In this document: in pieces, positions 38,131 through 48,013 of the stretch
Position numbering within the stretch: the stretch's first letter is position 1
Layout: the number at the start of each line of letters is the position of its first letter
From: Candidatus Krumholzibacteriota bacterium
Lineage (GTDB): Bacteria; Krumholzibacteriota; Krumholzibacteriia; JAJRXK01
Length of the DNA: 64,000 bases
Assembly (NCBI GenBank): GCA_963764625.1
Contig: CAVXTH010000005.1
Span: 96,001-160,000, forward strand
Direction of reading: 5' to 3'
Translations under genes and position numbers: made by a program
Notes under the pieces: generated by a model
The model's database searches: none
What the model was told of the DNA's origin: nothing
Seen by the model: the letters and a program-made list of their open reading frames with translations, nothing else

Positions 38131-38853
38131 ATGCTCTACGGGATTCTACCTGTGGCCGAGGCGCTGAGACAGCAGCGACGCGAACTCCGCCGTCTCTATC
38201 TGAAGTCCGGCACCTCATCCGCGCGGCTCAAGGAGATCCTGCGCCTCGCGCGCGCGGCCAAAGTCCGCTACGAAGAAAAATCAGCGCACGAACTGAGCGG
38301 GCTGGCCGGGACTCGACACCATCAGGGCGTGGTCCTCGACTGCGGGGCCCTCCCCCTCCTCTCCCTCGAAGAGGTCTTGGCCCCCGCGGGAAGCCGCTCC
38401 CTGCTGGTGGCCCTGGATCAGATCGAGGACCCGCAGAATCTGGGCGGAATCGCCCGCTCCGCCGCCTTCCTCGGAGCCCACTCGTTGCTCGCGCCGCGCG
38501 CTCACTCGGCCCCCTTCTCCCCCGCCGCCTCGAAGGCCTCGGCCGGAGCGCTCGAGTTCTTCCCGGTGGTGGAAGTACCGAATCTGGCCATGGCTCTGCG
38601 CCGCCTGGCGGAGGATGGCTATCTCGTGATCGGCGCCGCGTTGGAGGATGCGGTGGATTTTCACGAAGTACAGCCGACAGAGCGCTGCGTCCTGGTGCTC
38701 GGTAGCGAAGGTGGGGGATTGCGCCAGCTCACACGCAAGCGATGCGACTGGCTGGTTCAGATTCCGCGGATCTCGTCTCAAGCCACGGAAATGGAGTCGC
38801 TGAACGTGAACGTGGCCGCGGGAATTCTGCTCTCGCACTTCGGTCGAAGTTAG
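38131..38853 (+). CDS. rlmB: 23S rRNA (guanosine2251-2'-O)-methyltransferase, SpoU family
   Basis: HQGVV, LDQIEDPQNLG.I.RSA, LGSEG.GL, ESLNV.VAAGI. Confidence 0.88.
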   Translation: MLYGILPVAEALRQQRRELRRLYLKSGTSSARLKEILRLARAAKVRYEEKSAHELSGLAGTRHHQGVVLDCGALPLLSLEEVLAPAGSRSLLVALDQIEDPQNLGGIARSAAFLGAHSLLAPRAHSAPFSPAASKASAGALEFFPVVEVPNLAMALRRLAEDGYLVIGAALEDAVDFHEVQPTERCVLVLGSEGGGLRQLTRKRCDWLVQIPRISSQATEMESLNVNVAAGILLSHFGRS

Positions 38854-39599
38854 AAACGCAATTCCAGGATGGCGAAGTAGCTGTTGCGCAGAAGGCTCGT
38901 GCGGTTGCGATTGAGCTGGTAGATTCCATCGTCGAGAGCCTGTCCCCAGCGCCGCCTCAGCCAGGGCAATCTCGAGAAGAGAATTTCGAAGAAAACGAAA
39001 CTGGGCCAGTGCATGCGTACTTCGCGACACACGCTGCGCATGTACTCCACTCTCTCTTTGAGGATCGGGCACTCTTCGGGTGATCCCTCCCGCATCACGC
39101 CCTCTTCATAGAGCGAGGAGCTGAGGTAACGCCGGATGAGCGGGTTGAGAGCCATGTTCTCCACGAAGAGACCCAGGCCATTCGGTTTGACCACCCGCTT
39201 GAGCTGGTCGATCGAGCGGTCGACGTCGGTATGGTGCAGGATGTACTGACCGACCGCGACGTCGACGCAATGATCCCGCAGCGGAAGCTCCTCGAAGGTC
39301 GAGGCCATCATCGATACCGCGACACCGTGATGCCGGGCGTATTCCTGGGCCAGTCGCGCCATGTTCTGCGCGATGTCGAAGCCCACGACGCGCGCGCCCT
39401 CCTGCGCGCACCACGCTGCGATGGCGCCCAATCCACTTCCGCAATCGAGCACGGTGAGATTTTCGAGGGAGGGCAGGATCTCGCGCCACGCGGCCAGCCA
39501 GACCTCCTGCTCCATGTATTGCTCGGGCGTGATCGCCAGCCGCTCGCGATAATCGCTCGCAGCTGCGCGTTCATCCCAATAGTCGATCTCTTCGCTCAT
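38850..39599 (-). CDS. Class I SAM-dependent methyltransferase
   Basis: VLDCGSGLG, GFDIA, ILHH, RVVKPNG. Confidence 0.85.
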   Translation of the reverse strand: MSEEIDYWDERAAASDYRERLAITPEQYMEQEVWLAAWREILPSLENLTVLDCGSGLGAIAAWCAQEGARVVGFDIAQNMARLAQEYARHHGVAVSMMASTFEELPLRDHCVDVAVGQYILHHTDVDRSIDQLKRVVKPNGLGLFVENMALNPLIRRYLSSSLYEEGVMREGSPEECPILKERVEYMRSVCREVRMHWPSFVFFEILFSRLPWLRRRWGQALDDGIYQLNRNRTSLLRNSYFAILELRF

Positions 39600-40198
39600 G
39601 TACCTTGCACGTACTTCACCGAGCAGCCGTAGGGCTTCTCATGCGTGACCTCCACCGGCTTCCCTGCGAGAGCCGCCTTCACCGCGTCCACTACGTAATT
39701 GGTATTTCCTCTACCTATGGGCTTGGGATTGTCGTCGATGGCTCCACTGTAGAGCAGCGTACCGTTTTTGCCGATCACGAACATCTGGGGGGTGGTCTTC
39801 GCGCCGTACTTCTTGCCCACCGTGCCACTTCGGTCCAGCAGAATGGGGTTCTTTATGCCCTGACTTTCGGCCCACTTCTTCTCCGCATCCGCGGTCACGA
39901 AGTGCGAGCTGTCCACCCCCAGATGCACCACTTTGTTTTCCTTGCAGTACGCGTCCAGGTCGGACATGACCTTGTTGGCATAGACGTTCTCCACGAAGGG
40001 ACACTGAGGATTGGTCCACTCCAGCACCACGATCTGTCCTTCATAGTCGCTCAGAGTGTGGGTCGTTCCCGAAAAGTCGGTCAGGGCAAAGTCGGGGACT
40101 TTCGAACCCACCGCGAGATCTTCCGCGAAGGCCGAAGAGGGTGCGATAACGGCGGCCGCAAAGAGCGCCAGTCCGGCGATTCGAAAAGCTCGATGCAT
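39596..40198 (-). CDS. Secreted redoxin (AhpC/TSA-like thioredoxin family)
   Basis: Signal peptide; PDF.L.D..G, VVLEWTNPQCPFV, YGAKTTP, YSGAIDD, PYGCSVKY. Confidence 0.88.
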   Translation of the reverse strand: MHRAFRIAGLALFAAAVIAPSSAFAEDLAVGSKVPDFALTDFSGTTHTLSDYEGQIVVLEWTNPQCPFVENVYANKVMSDLDAYCKENKVVHLGVDSSHFVTADAEKKWAESQGIKNPILLDRSGTVGKKYGAKTTPQMFVIGKNGTLLYSGAIDDNPKPIGRGNTNYVVDAVKAALAGKPVEVTHEKPYGCSVKYVQGT

Positions 40199-40252
40199 GA
40201 GATTCCTCCTACGTTCGAGGTTCAAAGGGGGAGATTCTGACGATTGATGATT

Positions 40253-42526
40253 CTACTTTCTGCTCGCGCCGGCTTGCTGCAGGGCGTCGACCACCATGGT
40301 CTTGTTGATGACCTCGGGCAAGACGATCGGATCGTCGAATCCTTCGGCGGGGAACACGGCATAGAACGGCACCCCGCTTCTTCCATGCTCGCGCAGAACT
40401 TCCGAGATGACCGGATCCCGCTGCGTCCAATCGCCCAACATGGTGACGACCTTCAGTTCCTTCAACTTGTCCGTCACCTCCCTCGAGTCGATGACCGCCC
40501 TCTCGTTGGCCTTGCAGGTGAGACACCACGCGGCGGTGAAATCGACGAAGACCGTCTTGCCGCTGCTTACCGCCTCCTGCAGAGCATCGGGGCTGAACGG
40601 AACCCACTCGATTCCCTCGACCCGCTGGGCCACTTCGGTGCCGGTCGAGGCCTGTGCGCGGGCGATTCCCTCTGCCGAGAGGGTTTCGCTCAGGAAAACG
40701 CGCCAGCCTCCCACCACGAGTACCAGAGTGAGCACCCACACGAAGACTCTGCGGGGCACTGAAGAACTCAAACTGAGATAGGCGCCGTGGATCCACAGCG
40801 CGAGGGCCAGAACCAGGATGAACCACAGAACGTGCACCATCCCGCTCGAACCGAGCTGCTGCGCGACGACCCAGAGCAGCCACACCACGGTCGCCATGAG
40901 CAGAAAGCCCATGAACTGCTTGAACCGTTCCATCCAGGGCCCGGGCTTGGGGACGAAGCGCAGCCAGGCGGGGTTGATCGAGAGCAGCACGTAGGGAGAT
41001 GCGAGCCCGAGCCCGATGGTGAGAAAAATCGCGATGATGTCGACCGGCTGTTGGGTGAACGCGAAGCCGAGCGCGCTTCCCAAGAAGGGCGCGCTGCAGG
41101 GAGTGGCCAGGATGGTGGCAAGCATTCCGTTGAAGAATTGCTCGCCGTACAGGCTCCCGCGACCGCCCTGGAAGCTGCCGGCGGGGGGAATGACCTCGAA
41201 GAGTCCAAAGAGACTCAGGCCGAAGCCGAAGACGATGGCGATCATCACCACCACAAAAGTGGGATTCTGGAACTGGAAGCCCCAACCGAGGAGCTCACCC
41301 GCGCTCTGGAGCGCGATGACGGTGAGGGCGAGCGCCAGGAAACTCGCGAGCACTCCCAGCGCGAACACCAGGCTCAGCTTCAAGACGGTGGCACGATCGC
41401 GATCGGAGTGCGTGACGAAGCTCATCACTTTCAAGGACAGCACTGGAAGCACGCACGGCATCACGTTCAAGATGAGTCCGCCCAAGAGCGCCAGCAGCAA
41501 GAAGCGCCACAGCGGACCCGCGGCCGCCGTTGCGCCGGTGGCGGTATCGGCGGCAGTGAGGGGATCGAAGATCTCGGGGTTCATGGCTTGGATGGATTTG
41601 CTCTCACCCGCCACCGGGACCTGCGTCTTCAGCTGCAGGTACCAGTGCTTCGGCCCGACTGTCAGCTCGAGAACCCCCGCGAGCAGCGCGTCTTTGCCCT
41701 CGGTCGCATCTTGATTCACGGTGAAAGGCAAAAGGACGGTCAGTTTTCCGTCCTGGCGCTCGAAGTTCGGGTCCAGGCATTGGATCCCGGGGTGGGCCTC
41801 GGGAAACCAGGTGTACTCCGCCTGGCTGAAGTCGACCGGGCCCTCCACCACGAAGGCCGCGTGCGCGCTCTGGCCCAACGGCACCGCGTTGAGGCTGAGA
41901 TACGAACGCGATTGCATTCCCTCATACTCGCTCGCCGTTCGCGGGAGTCGCTCGTGGGCCTGAAGGAAGATCTCGCGCACCGAGGAATCCGGTTCGCTCG
42001 ATGCGGCCACGGGGAGTTGCAGACTCAATTCGGCCTGGCCCGGTACGCAGAGAGCCTTGCACATGAGCCAAGTGACCTTGGCCTTGATCTCGATACTTCC
42101 CTTGGCGGGCAGCTCGGCGGGAACCTCGACTTTGGTCAAGAGAAGCACGTCGTCCATGTAGCCGTAGGTGACGAGATCGCCGCCCTCCACGTAGCGGTGC
42201 GGGGTGGGCCATTGGATCTCTCCCGCTTTCAAGCCCTGGGGCAGAGTCCAGCTGACGGAAGTGGGGAGTCCGGCATCACCACCGTTCTGCCAGTAGGTGT
42301 GCCAGCCCGGTTTCATGTGCAGGTGGATCCCCAGCTCCAGGGTCGAACCCGCAGCGACGGTCTTCGACGAGCTGAGCAGCTGGGCGGTCACCGCGTCGGG
42401 ATCGAGATCCGGGGGGGCGAAATCGTCCTGCCCGCCACTTCCAACTGGCGGAACGGCCCATGCCGTGCCCAGGGTGAGCAGGAGCAGAAGCACCGTCAGC
42501 CAACTGCAATACGAGTTTCTGCGCAT
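40253..42526 (-). CDS. DsbD-family protein-disulfide reductase
   Basis: GWHTYW.N.GDAG, C..LC.P, LNVMPCVLPV, ATPCSAP, PKPGPWM, VDFTAAWCLTCK. Confidence 0.92.
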   Translation of the reverse strand: MRRNSYCSWLTVLLLLLTLGTAWAVPPVGSGGQDDFAPPDLDPDAVTAQLLSSSKTVAAGSTLELGIHLHMKPGWHTYWQNGGDAGLPTSVSWTLPQGLKAGEIQWPTPHRYVEGGDLVTYGYMDDVLLLTKVEVPAELPAKGSIEIKAKVTWLMCKALCVPGQAELSLQLPVAASSEPDSSVREIFLQAHERLPRTASEYEGMQSRSYLSLNAVPLGQSAHAAFVVEGPVDFSQAEYTWFPEAHPGIQCLDPNFERQDGKLTVLLPFTVNQDATEGKDALLAGVLELTVGPKHWYLQLKTQVPVAGESKSIQAMNPEIFDPLTAADTATGATAAAGPLWRFLLLALLGGLILNVMPCVLPVLSLKVMSFVTHSDRDRATVLKLSLVFALGVLASFLALALTVIALQSAGELLGWGFQFQNPTFVVVMIAIVFGFGLSLFGLFEVIPPAGSFQGGRGSLYGEQFFNGMLATILATPCSAPFLGSALGFAFTQQPVDIIAIFLTIGLGLASPYVLLSINPAWLRFVPKPGPWMERFKQFMGFLLMATVVWLLWVVAQQLGSSGMVHVLWFILVLALALWIHGAYLSLSSSVPRRVFVWVLTLVLVVGGWRVFLSETLSAEGIARAQASTGTEVAQRVEGIEWVPFSPDALQEAVSSGKTVFVDFTAAWCLTCKANERAVIDSREVTDKLKELKVVTMLGDWTQRDPVISEVLREHGRSGVPFYAVFPAEGFDDPIVLPEVINKTMVVDALQQAGASRK

Positions 42527-42617
42527 GAGTCTACCTCGGCGACACGCCTCATCCGGCGCTACGAGATGGCCATCAAGATAAGGGCAAATTCCGATCCGGC
42601 ACTTCCTCGCGATCGGG

Positions 42618-44387
42618 TCAGCTCAGGGGCCAGAACAAGAGGATGAGGGGCACCGCCACCAGGACCGTGAGAATGGAGAGTGGAACTCCCAGGCGAGGGT
42701 AGTCCGAGAATCGATATCCGCCTGGTCCCAGGACGAGAAGGTTGCACTGATGGCCAATCGGGGTCAGGAACGCGCACGATGCCCCCACCGCCACGGCCAT
42801 GAAGAAGGTATCCGGGCTATAGCCCAACTGAAGTGCGAAACGAAATGCGATTGGCGCCATGATCACCGCGGTGGCCGCATTGTTGATGAGATTCGAGAGC
42901 AGCATGGTGACCAGCAGCATGGTCCCCACGAGTATGTAACCCGGCGCGCCCGGTTCGAGTTCCATCAGCGAGCGGGCGATGGTGGCCGCCCCGCCGCTGC
43001 TCTCCAGAGCCCATCCCAAAGGGAGCGTCGCGCCCAGAAGCACGATCACGGGCCAGTCCACCGCGCTGTAGGCCTCCTTCAGAGTCAGAACCCCCGAGAG
43101 AATCATCAGTACCGCGGCGCCGGTGAACGCCACGCCCAGGGAGAGCACGCCGGTCGCGATTCCCACCACCGCGGCGGCGAAGATGAGCAGACACTTGAGT
43201 GCGCGTGGGGTCGAGACGAGTTCGAGTTCGCGCTCTCGCAGCGGGAGAATCCGCAGGTCGTGGAGAGTCTCGTCCCACTCCTCGGCCCGGGACTGCACCA
43301 GCAGTACGTCCCCCGGGTGGAAAGGGGTCTCGCGCAGTCGGGCCACGATGCTCTCTCCCTGACGGTGGATCGCCAGCACGTTCAAACCCATGCGGCTGCG
43401 CAGCGCCATGCCACGGGCGGTGCGGCCCACCAGAGCCGAGCTCTGCGTGATCACCACTTCCTGTAACACGATTTCGCCCGCTCCCAGTTCGCTCTCGGCA
43501 ATCCGCCGATCGGCCCCCAGCTGCAGATCTCCACTGCGTACCAATTTTCTCAGCTCTTCGCTGGCCGCTTCCATGAGAAGGGCGTCTTCGCTCTCCAAAA
43601 TCTCTTCGGGGGCCGGCGCCAGAATGCGCGTGTCGCCGCGGATGAGTCCCACCACGTTGACGTCGGCGTCCAACTTCGAAAAGGACGAGAGAGGACTGCC
43701 GACCAGACGACTCTGGGGCGGCACCACCACCTCCGCGAAGTACTTCCCCAGGCGATAGAACCCTCTCGTCGACGCAGCGCCCCGGCGCGCGGGGAGGAAT
43801 CGCCAGCCCCAGAGCGAGAGAAAGGCCACCCCCACGAGGGTCAAACCCAAGCCCACCGGAGTGAAGTCGAACATCCTGAACGGAGTTCCCATATGCTCGG
43901 CCCGGATTTGCGCCACCAGGATGTTGGGAGGAGTACCGATGAGCGTGATGAGTCCGCCCAGGAGCGACGCGAAGGCCAGAGGCATCAGAACCTGAGAGGC
44001 CATGCGGCGGGCGTCCCGCGCGACGCGAATGGCCAATGGCATGAGGATGGCCAACGCGCCCGTATTGTTCATGGTCGCCGAGAGCAACGCGGTGCTGCCG
44101 AAGAGAGTCGAGTTCTGCAAGATGGTGCTTCGGCCTTTGCCGCTCAGAAGCCGCGCGAGAGGCTCGGTGAGACCGGCTTTCTCGACCGCGCGGCCCATCA
44201 TGAAGATGGCCGCAACCGAGATCACCGCTTCGTTGCCGAATCCGGCAAAGACGCGGGCGGGCTCCAGAACCCGGGTCACGGCCAGGACCATCAAGGCCAT
44301 AACCGCGACAAGATCTGGTCGCAGACGTCCCCAGAGGAAGAGAACCAGGGCCGCCGCGAGAGTGCTGAATACGATGATCTGTTCCAT
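42618..44387 (-). CDS. SLC13/DASS family permease with TrkA-C domains
   Basis: SATMNNT, TLIGTPPN, two central RCK_C domains, SNLINNAAT, FLTPIGHQCNLLV.GPGGYRF.DY. Confidence 0.9.
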   Translation of the reverse strand: MEQIIVFSTLAAALVLFLWGRLRPDLVAVMALMVLAVTRVLEPARVFAGFGNEAVISVAAIFMMGRAVEKAGLTEPLARLLSGKGRSTILQNSTLFGSTALLSATMNNTGALAILMPLAIRVARDARRMASQVLMPLAFASLLGGLITLIGTPPNILVAQIRAEHMGTPFRMFDFTPVGLGLTLVGVAFLSLWGWRFLPARRGAASTRGFYRLGKYFAEVVVPPQSRLVGSPLSSFSKLDADVNVVGLIRGDTRILAPAPEEILESEDALLMEAASEELRKLVRSGDLQLGADRRIAESELGAGEIVLQEVVITQSSALVGRTARGMALRSRMGLNVLAIHRQGESIVARLRETPFHPGDVLLVQSRAEEWDETLHDLRILPLRERELELVSTPRALKCLLIFAAAVVGIATGVLSLGVAFTGAAVLMILSGVLTLKEAYSAVDWPVIVLLGATLPLGWALESSGGAATIARSLMELEPGAPGYILVGTMLLVTMLLSNLINNAATAVIMAPIAFRFALQLGYSPDTFFMAVAVGASCAFLTPIGHQCNLLVLGPGGYRFSDYPRLGVPLSILTVLVAVPLILLFWPLS

Positions 44388-44525
44388 CTTGGGCACCAGC
44401 ATAGCTTTTGGATGGGCGATGAGGCCAGCGAAGGATTGCCGCCTTGCCTCTCCCTCGCTTGCCGCCACGGGTCATGGCCCCTACACTGGCGCCTTCGCCA
44501 CTACGATCTCCTCGAGAGGCTCACG

Positions 44526-46214
44526 ATGCCGGATTTCGCGAGAACGCTCGTTACCGCAGCTTTGCCCTACGCGAATGGTCCGATCCACCTCGGACACCTC
44601 GCCGGTGTGTACGTTCCCGCGGACATCTTCGTTCGGTTCAAGAAGCTCATGGGCGAACCGGTACTTTTCATCTGTGGAAGCGATGAGCACGGCGTGCCCA
44701 TCACCCTCGCGGCCGAGAAGGAGGGGATCTCTCCCAAGAAGCTCGTCGACCGCAACTACCTCATGATGAAGGACAGCTTCGAGGCCCTCGGCGTCGAGTT
44801 CGACAACTATTCTCAGACGAGCCGGGAGATTCACTACCGCACCTCGAGCGAGTTCTTCCTCGACCTTCACGCGCAGGGCATTTTGAAGCAGAAGTCGGCT
44901 CTGCAGTTCTACAGCGAATCGGCCGGTCGCTTTCTGCCCGACCGTTACGTCGAGGGCACCTGCCCCTATTGCGATGCGCAGGGCGCTCGCGGAGACCAGT
45001 GCGAGAACTGCGGTTCCCAGATGGAACCGGACAAGCTCATCGATCCCCACAGCGTGGTCGACCAAGAGCCGGTGGGATTGAAGGAGAGCGAGCATTGGTT
45101 CTTCCCCATGGGGGAAATGCAGAAGTTCCTCGAGGGCTGGATCGGCGGCCACTCGGACTGGAAAGAGAACGTGCTGAACTATTGCCGCGGTTGGTTCGAG
45201 CAAGGTCTCGGCGACCGCGCGGTGACCCGCGATCTGGATTGGGGAGTGCCGGTTCCGCTCGTAGGCCACCAGGGCAAAGTGCTGTACGTCTGGTTCGAGG
45301 CTCCCATCGGATACATCTCCGCCACCCGTGAATGGGCCGAAGCCAAGGGCACCCCCGAGGGCTGGCGCGAATGGTGGCAGGATGAGAAGACCCGGATGAT
45401 CCACTTCATCGGCAAGGACAACATCGTCTTCCACGCGCTCCTCTTTCCCGCCATGCTTCACGCGCACAGCGAAGCGTACGTGCTGCCCGACAACATACCG
45501 GCGAACGAGTTCCTCAATCTCGAGGGAAAGAAGCTCTCGACCTCGCGAGGCTACGCGGTGTGGCTTCCCGACTACCTCAAGAGCTTCGAGCCCGACAGTC
45601 TTCGCTACTGTCTTGCGCGTAACCTTCCCGAATCGCGCGACACGAATTTCACCTGGGACGAATTTCAAGCCCGCCACAACAACGAGCTGGCGGACGTCCT
45701 GGGGAACTTCATCAATCGAACCCTCACTTTCGTGATCCGGTACTTCGAGGGAAAAGTTCCGGCGCGGGGCACGCTGGAGGAGAAAGACCGCCAAGCCCTC
45801 GAGGCGATCGAGGCGGCGGCCGTGCGGGTGCGCGAGGACATGGAGAGCTTCCGGATCCGGGCCGCGGCCGAGAGCCTTCTGCTTCTGAGCAAGGAGGCGA
45901 ATCGCTACTTCGACGAAGCCCAGCCCTGGGCCTCGCGCAAGACCGATCTGCGGCGTTGCGGCACCAGCCTCTACGTGTGCTGCCAGTTCATCCGAGCCTT
46001 CGCCGGGCTGTGGGCCATGATCCTGCCTTTCTCCATGCAGCGGCTCTGGGACGCTCTGAGCCTACGGGAGAAACTTTTCGAGAGTGGCTGGCTCGCGGAA
46101 GATTGGATGCTGGAGGAAGGTCATCCCCTGAAGAATCCGGGAATTCTCTTCGAGAAGATCGAGGACGAGCGCATCGCGGCGGAGAAGGAACGCTTGAAGA
46201 CGGTCTCCGGCTGA
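44526..46214 (+). CDS. metG: Methionine--tRNA ligase (no C-terminal tRNA-binding appendix)
   Basis: TAALPYANG..HLGH, SDEHG, CPYC...CENC knuckle, LYVWF, FIGKDNI.FH, KLSTSRG. Confidence 0.96.
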   Translation: MPDFARTLVTAALPYANGPIHLGHLAGVYVPADIFVRFKKLMGEPVLFICGSDEHGVPITLAAEKEGISPKKLVDRNYLMMKDSFEALGVEFDNYSQTSREIHYRTSSEFFLDLHAQGILKQKSALQFYSESAGRFLPDRYVEGTCPYCDAQGARGDQCENCGSQMEPDKLIDPHSVVDQEPVGLKESEHWFFPMGEMQKFLEGWIGGHSDWKENVLNYCRGWFEQGLGDRAVTRDLDWGVPVPLVGHQGKVLYVWFEAPIGYISATREWAEAKGTPEGWREWWQDEKTRMIHFIGKDNIVFHALLFPAMLHAHSEAYVLPDNIPANEFLNLEGKKLSTSRGYAVWLPDYLKSFEPDSLRYCLARNLPESRDTNFTWDEFQARHNNELADVLGNFINRTLTFVIRYFEGKVPARGTLEEKDRQALEAIEAAAVRVREDMESFRIRAAAESLLLLSKEANRYFDEAQPWASRKTDLRRCGTSLYVCCQFIRAFAGLWAMILPFSMQRLWDALSLREKLFESGWLAEDWMLEEGHPLKNPGILFEKIEDERIAAEKERLKTVSG

Positions 46215-46221
46215 CCCCCTT

Positions 46222-46248
46222 CCGGGCCGCGTCCGCGGTCCGGTTTAT
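46222..46248 (+). terminator. Probable terminator after metG
   Basis: CCGGGCCGC-GTCC-GCGGTCCGG hairpin followed by TTTAT, just after the stop codon. Confidence 0.5.
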
Positions 46249-46340
46249 GCAATTCCATCCTCAAACATTTACGCAGAAGAAGAAACCCTTTCGCGGAATC
46301 GCTGGGAATTTGATGCCCTCAGCTTTGTGGAGAGCTTGCC

Positions 46341-46505
46341 ATGATGAATCGCCTCCTGGTCATGATCGGAGCTTCAGTGGGTTCCACTATCGGCTGGTGG
46401 CTCGGCGCCTTCGTCGGCTTCATGACGGCATTCATACTCAGCATCGTCGGTCTCGCGGCGGGAACCTACTGGGCGCGACGCGTCGTGCGCGAGTACCTGT
46501 GCTGA
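46341..46505 (+). CDS. Small two-helix membrane protein (54 aa), absent from the ORF track
   Basis: MMNRLLVMIGASVGSTIGWWLGAFVGFMTAFILSIVGLAAGTYWARRVVREYLC*; GGAGAG RBS upstream. Confidence 0.78.
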   Translation: MMNRLLVMIGASVGSTIGWWLGAFVGFMTAFILSIVGLAAGTYWARRVVREYLC

Positions 46506-46523
46506 GAGCGGCCCTTTAGCACC

Positions 46524-47195
46524 TCACGATTCGTCCCGTACGAATATCCGTACCGCTTGATGGGGCCGCGTCATCTTCCAGTCGTACCGGTCCTCGATCC
46601 ATTGCATCGTGGCCTCGCGGTAGAACGCGATGTGGGTCGCGTCCTGCCGGTACCACCACGACTGAAAGTCGCGCGCGGGGTCCAGCAACTCGGTTCGCAC
46701 CGCGAGCACCCCACCGGGAAGCAGCAGCTGGTGAAGGAGCTGCCAGGTGGGACCTGGTTCCCTCAGATGTTCGACGACCTCTATGCAGAGCACGAACTCA
46801 TAGCGCCGCTTGAGAAGCTCGGTGTGGGGGGCGAAGAACGGATCGTAGCTCTTGCACTCGTAACCCAGTTCTTTGAGGAGGAGCTGGGCCACCGGCTCGG
46901 GGCCACAGCCGAAATCCAGACCGAGGCAAGCTCCTCCAAGGGCCTGAGCGCTCGAGCGCGCGCGGCTCTGAAGCCGCTCCACCAGGGGATCGATCGCGCT
47001 TTTGAGATGCTTGCGGTAGCCCTCATCCCGCGGAGAATTCTGGTGCTCGAGATAGCGGGCGCGTTCGGCCCGCGGGCTGAGATGAGCAAGAGAAGCAAGG
47101 AAGACCAGACCGCATTCGGCGCAGGAGTGATAGGCCTCGAGTGAGGCGGCAAGGAAGGGCGAGGTCGATTCGCTTCGGCAGAGTGGACAATTCAT
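46524..47195 (-). CDS. Class I SAM methyltransferase with N-terminal Cys zinc motif
   Basis: CPLC...C.ECGLVF, ARY.EHQN, LDFGCGP, YDPFF, EVVEHL, WWY.QD.THI.FY. Confidence 0.88.
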   Translation of the reverse strand: MNCPLCRSESTSPFLAASLEAYHSCAECGLVFLASLAHLSPRAERARYLEHQNSPRDEGYRKHLKSAIDPLVERLQSRARSSAQALGGACLGLDFGCGPEPVAQLLLKELGYECKSYDPFFAPHTELLKRRYEFVLCIEVVEHLREPGPTWQLLHQLLLPGGVLAVRTELLDPARDFQSWWYRQDATHIAFYREATMQWIEDRYDWKMTRPHQAVRIFVRDES

Positions 47196-47217
47196 CCGCT
47201 TCACTTCCGCCAAACCC

Positions 47218-47994
47218 TCAGGCCTTCAGTTGCAGCCCGATGGGACAGTGATCGCTTCCTCTTACTTCTGGCAGATGGAAACAGCTCTTGGCGCGATCCA
47301 TCAGCTCCTGCGCCACCCAGAAGTAGTCGATCCGCCATCCGACGTTCCTCTCGCGAGCACCCATGCGGTGCGACCACCAGGTATAGTGATCGGTTTCGTC
47401 CCGATGATAGTGCCGGAACGCGTCCACGTAGCCCCGCTTCCGCACTCGGTCCAACCACGCCCTCTCCTCGGGCAGAAAGCCGGTGGTATTGCGATTGGCC
47501 TGCGGGCGCGCGAGATCGATCTCGTTGTGGGCGGTGTTCACGTCTCCACAGAAGATGAGTGGTTTCCGCTCCCGCAGAGACTCACACAATCGCAAGAACG
47601 CGGTGTAGAAACCCAACTTGAAGGGGACGCGCCCGTGGTCGTTTCCCCCGTTGGGAAAGTAGCAGCCGAGAATGTAATAGTCTTCGTACTCGGCCAGGAT
47701 GGTGCGCCCCTCCTTGTCGTACTTCTTCACGCCGGTACCGAACTGCACCGAGAGCGGCTCTTGGCGGCTGTAGAGAGCGGTGCCGCTGTAACCCCTCCTC
47801 GCCCGTGAGGGATTCCAGAAAACGTGATAGCCGGCGGGTCGTGCCATCGGTTCCGGCACTTGCTCCAGCTCGGCCCGCACTTCCTGCAGGCACAACACGT
47901 CGGGACGCACCTGGGAAAACCACGGCATGAAACCCTTCTTGAAGACCGAGCGCGCGCCGTTGACGTTCCAGGAGTAGATGCTCTTGCAGGCCAT
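47218..47994 (-). CDS. xth: Exodeoxyribonuclease III / AP endonuclease
   Basis: SWNVNG, LCLQE, GYSGTA, YFPNG, CGDVNTAH, YTWWS, GWRIDY, SDHCP. Confidence 0.95.
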   Translation of the reverse strand: MACKSIYSWNVNGARSVFKKGFMPWFSQVRPDVLCLQEVRAELEQVPEPMARPAGYHVFWNPSRARRGYSGTALYSRQEPLSVQFGTGVKKYDKEGRTILAEYEDYYILGCYFPNGGNDHGRVPFKLGFYTAFLRLCESLRERKPLIFCGDVNTAHNEIDLARPQANRNTTGFLPEERAWLDRVRKRGYVDAFRHYHRDETDHYTWWSHRMGARERNVGWRIDYFWVAQELMDRAKSCFHLPEVRGSDHCPIGLQLKA

Positions 47995-48013
47995 GAAATC
48001 GTTCCTCGTCCTT

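Noticed and set aside
46236-46251. CGGTCCGGTTTATGCA sigma54-like motif upstream of the microprotein
   Set aside because: It overlaps the metG terminator hairpin and has a poor -24 match, so it was not counted.
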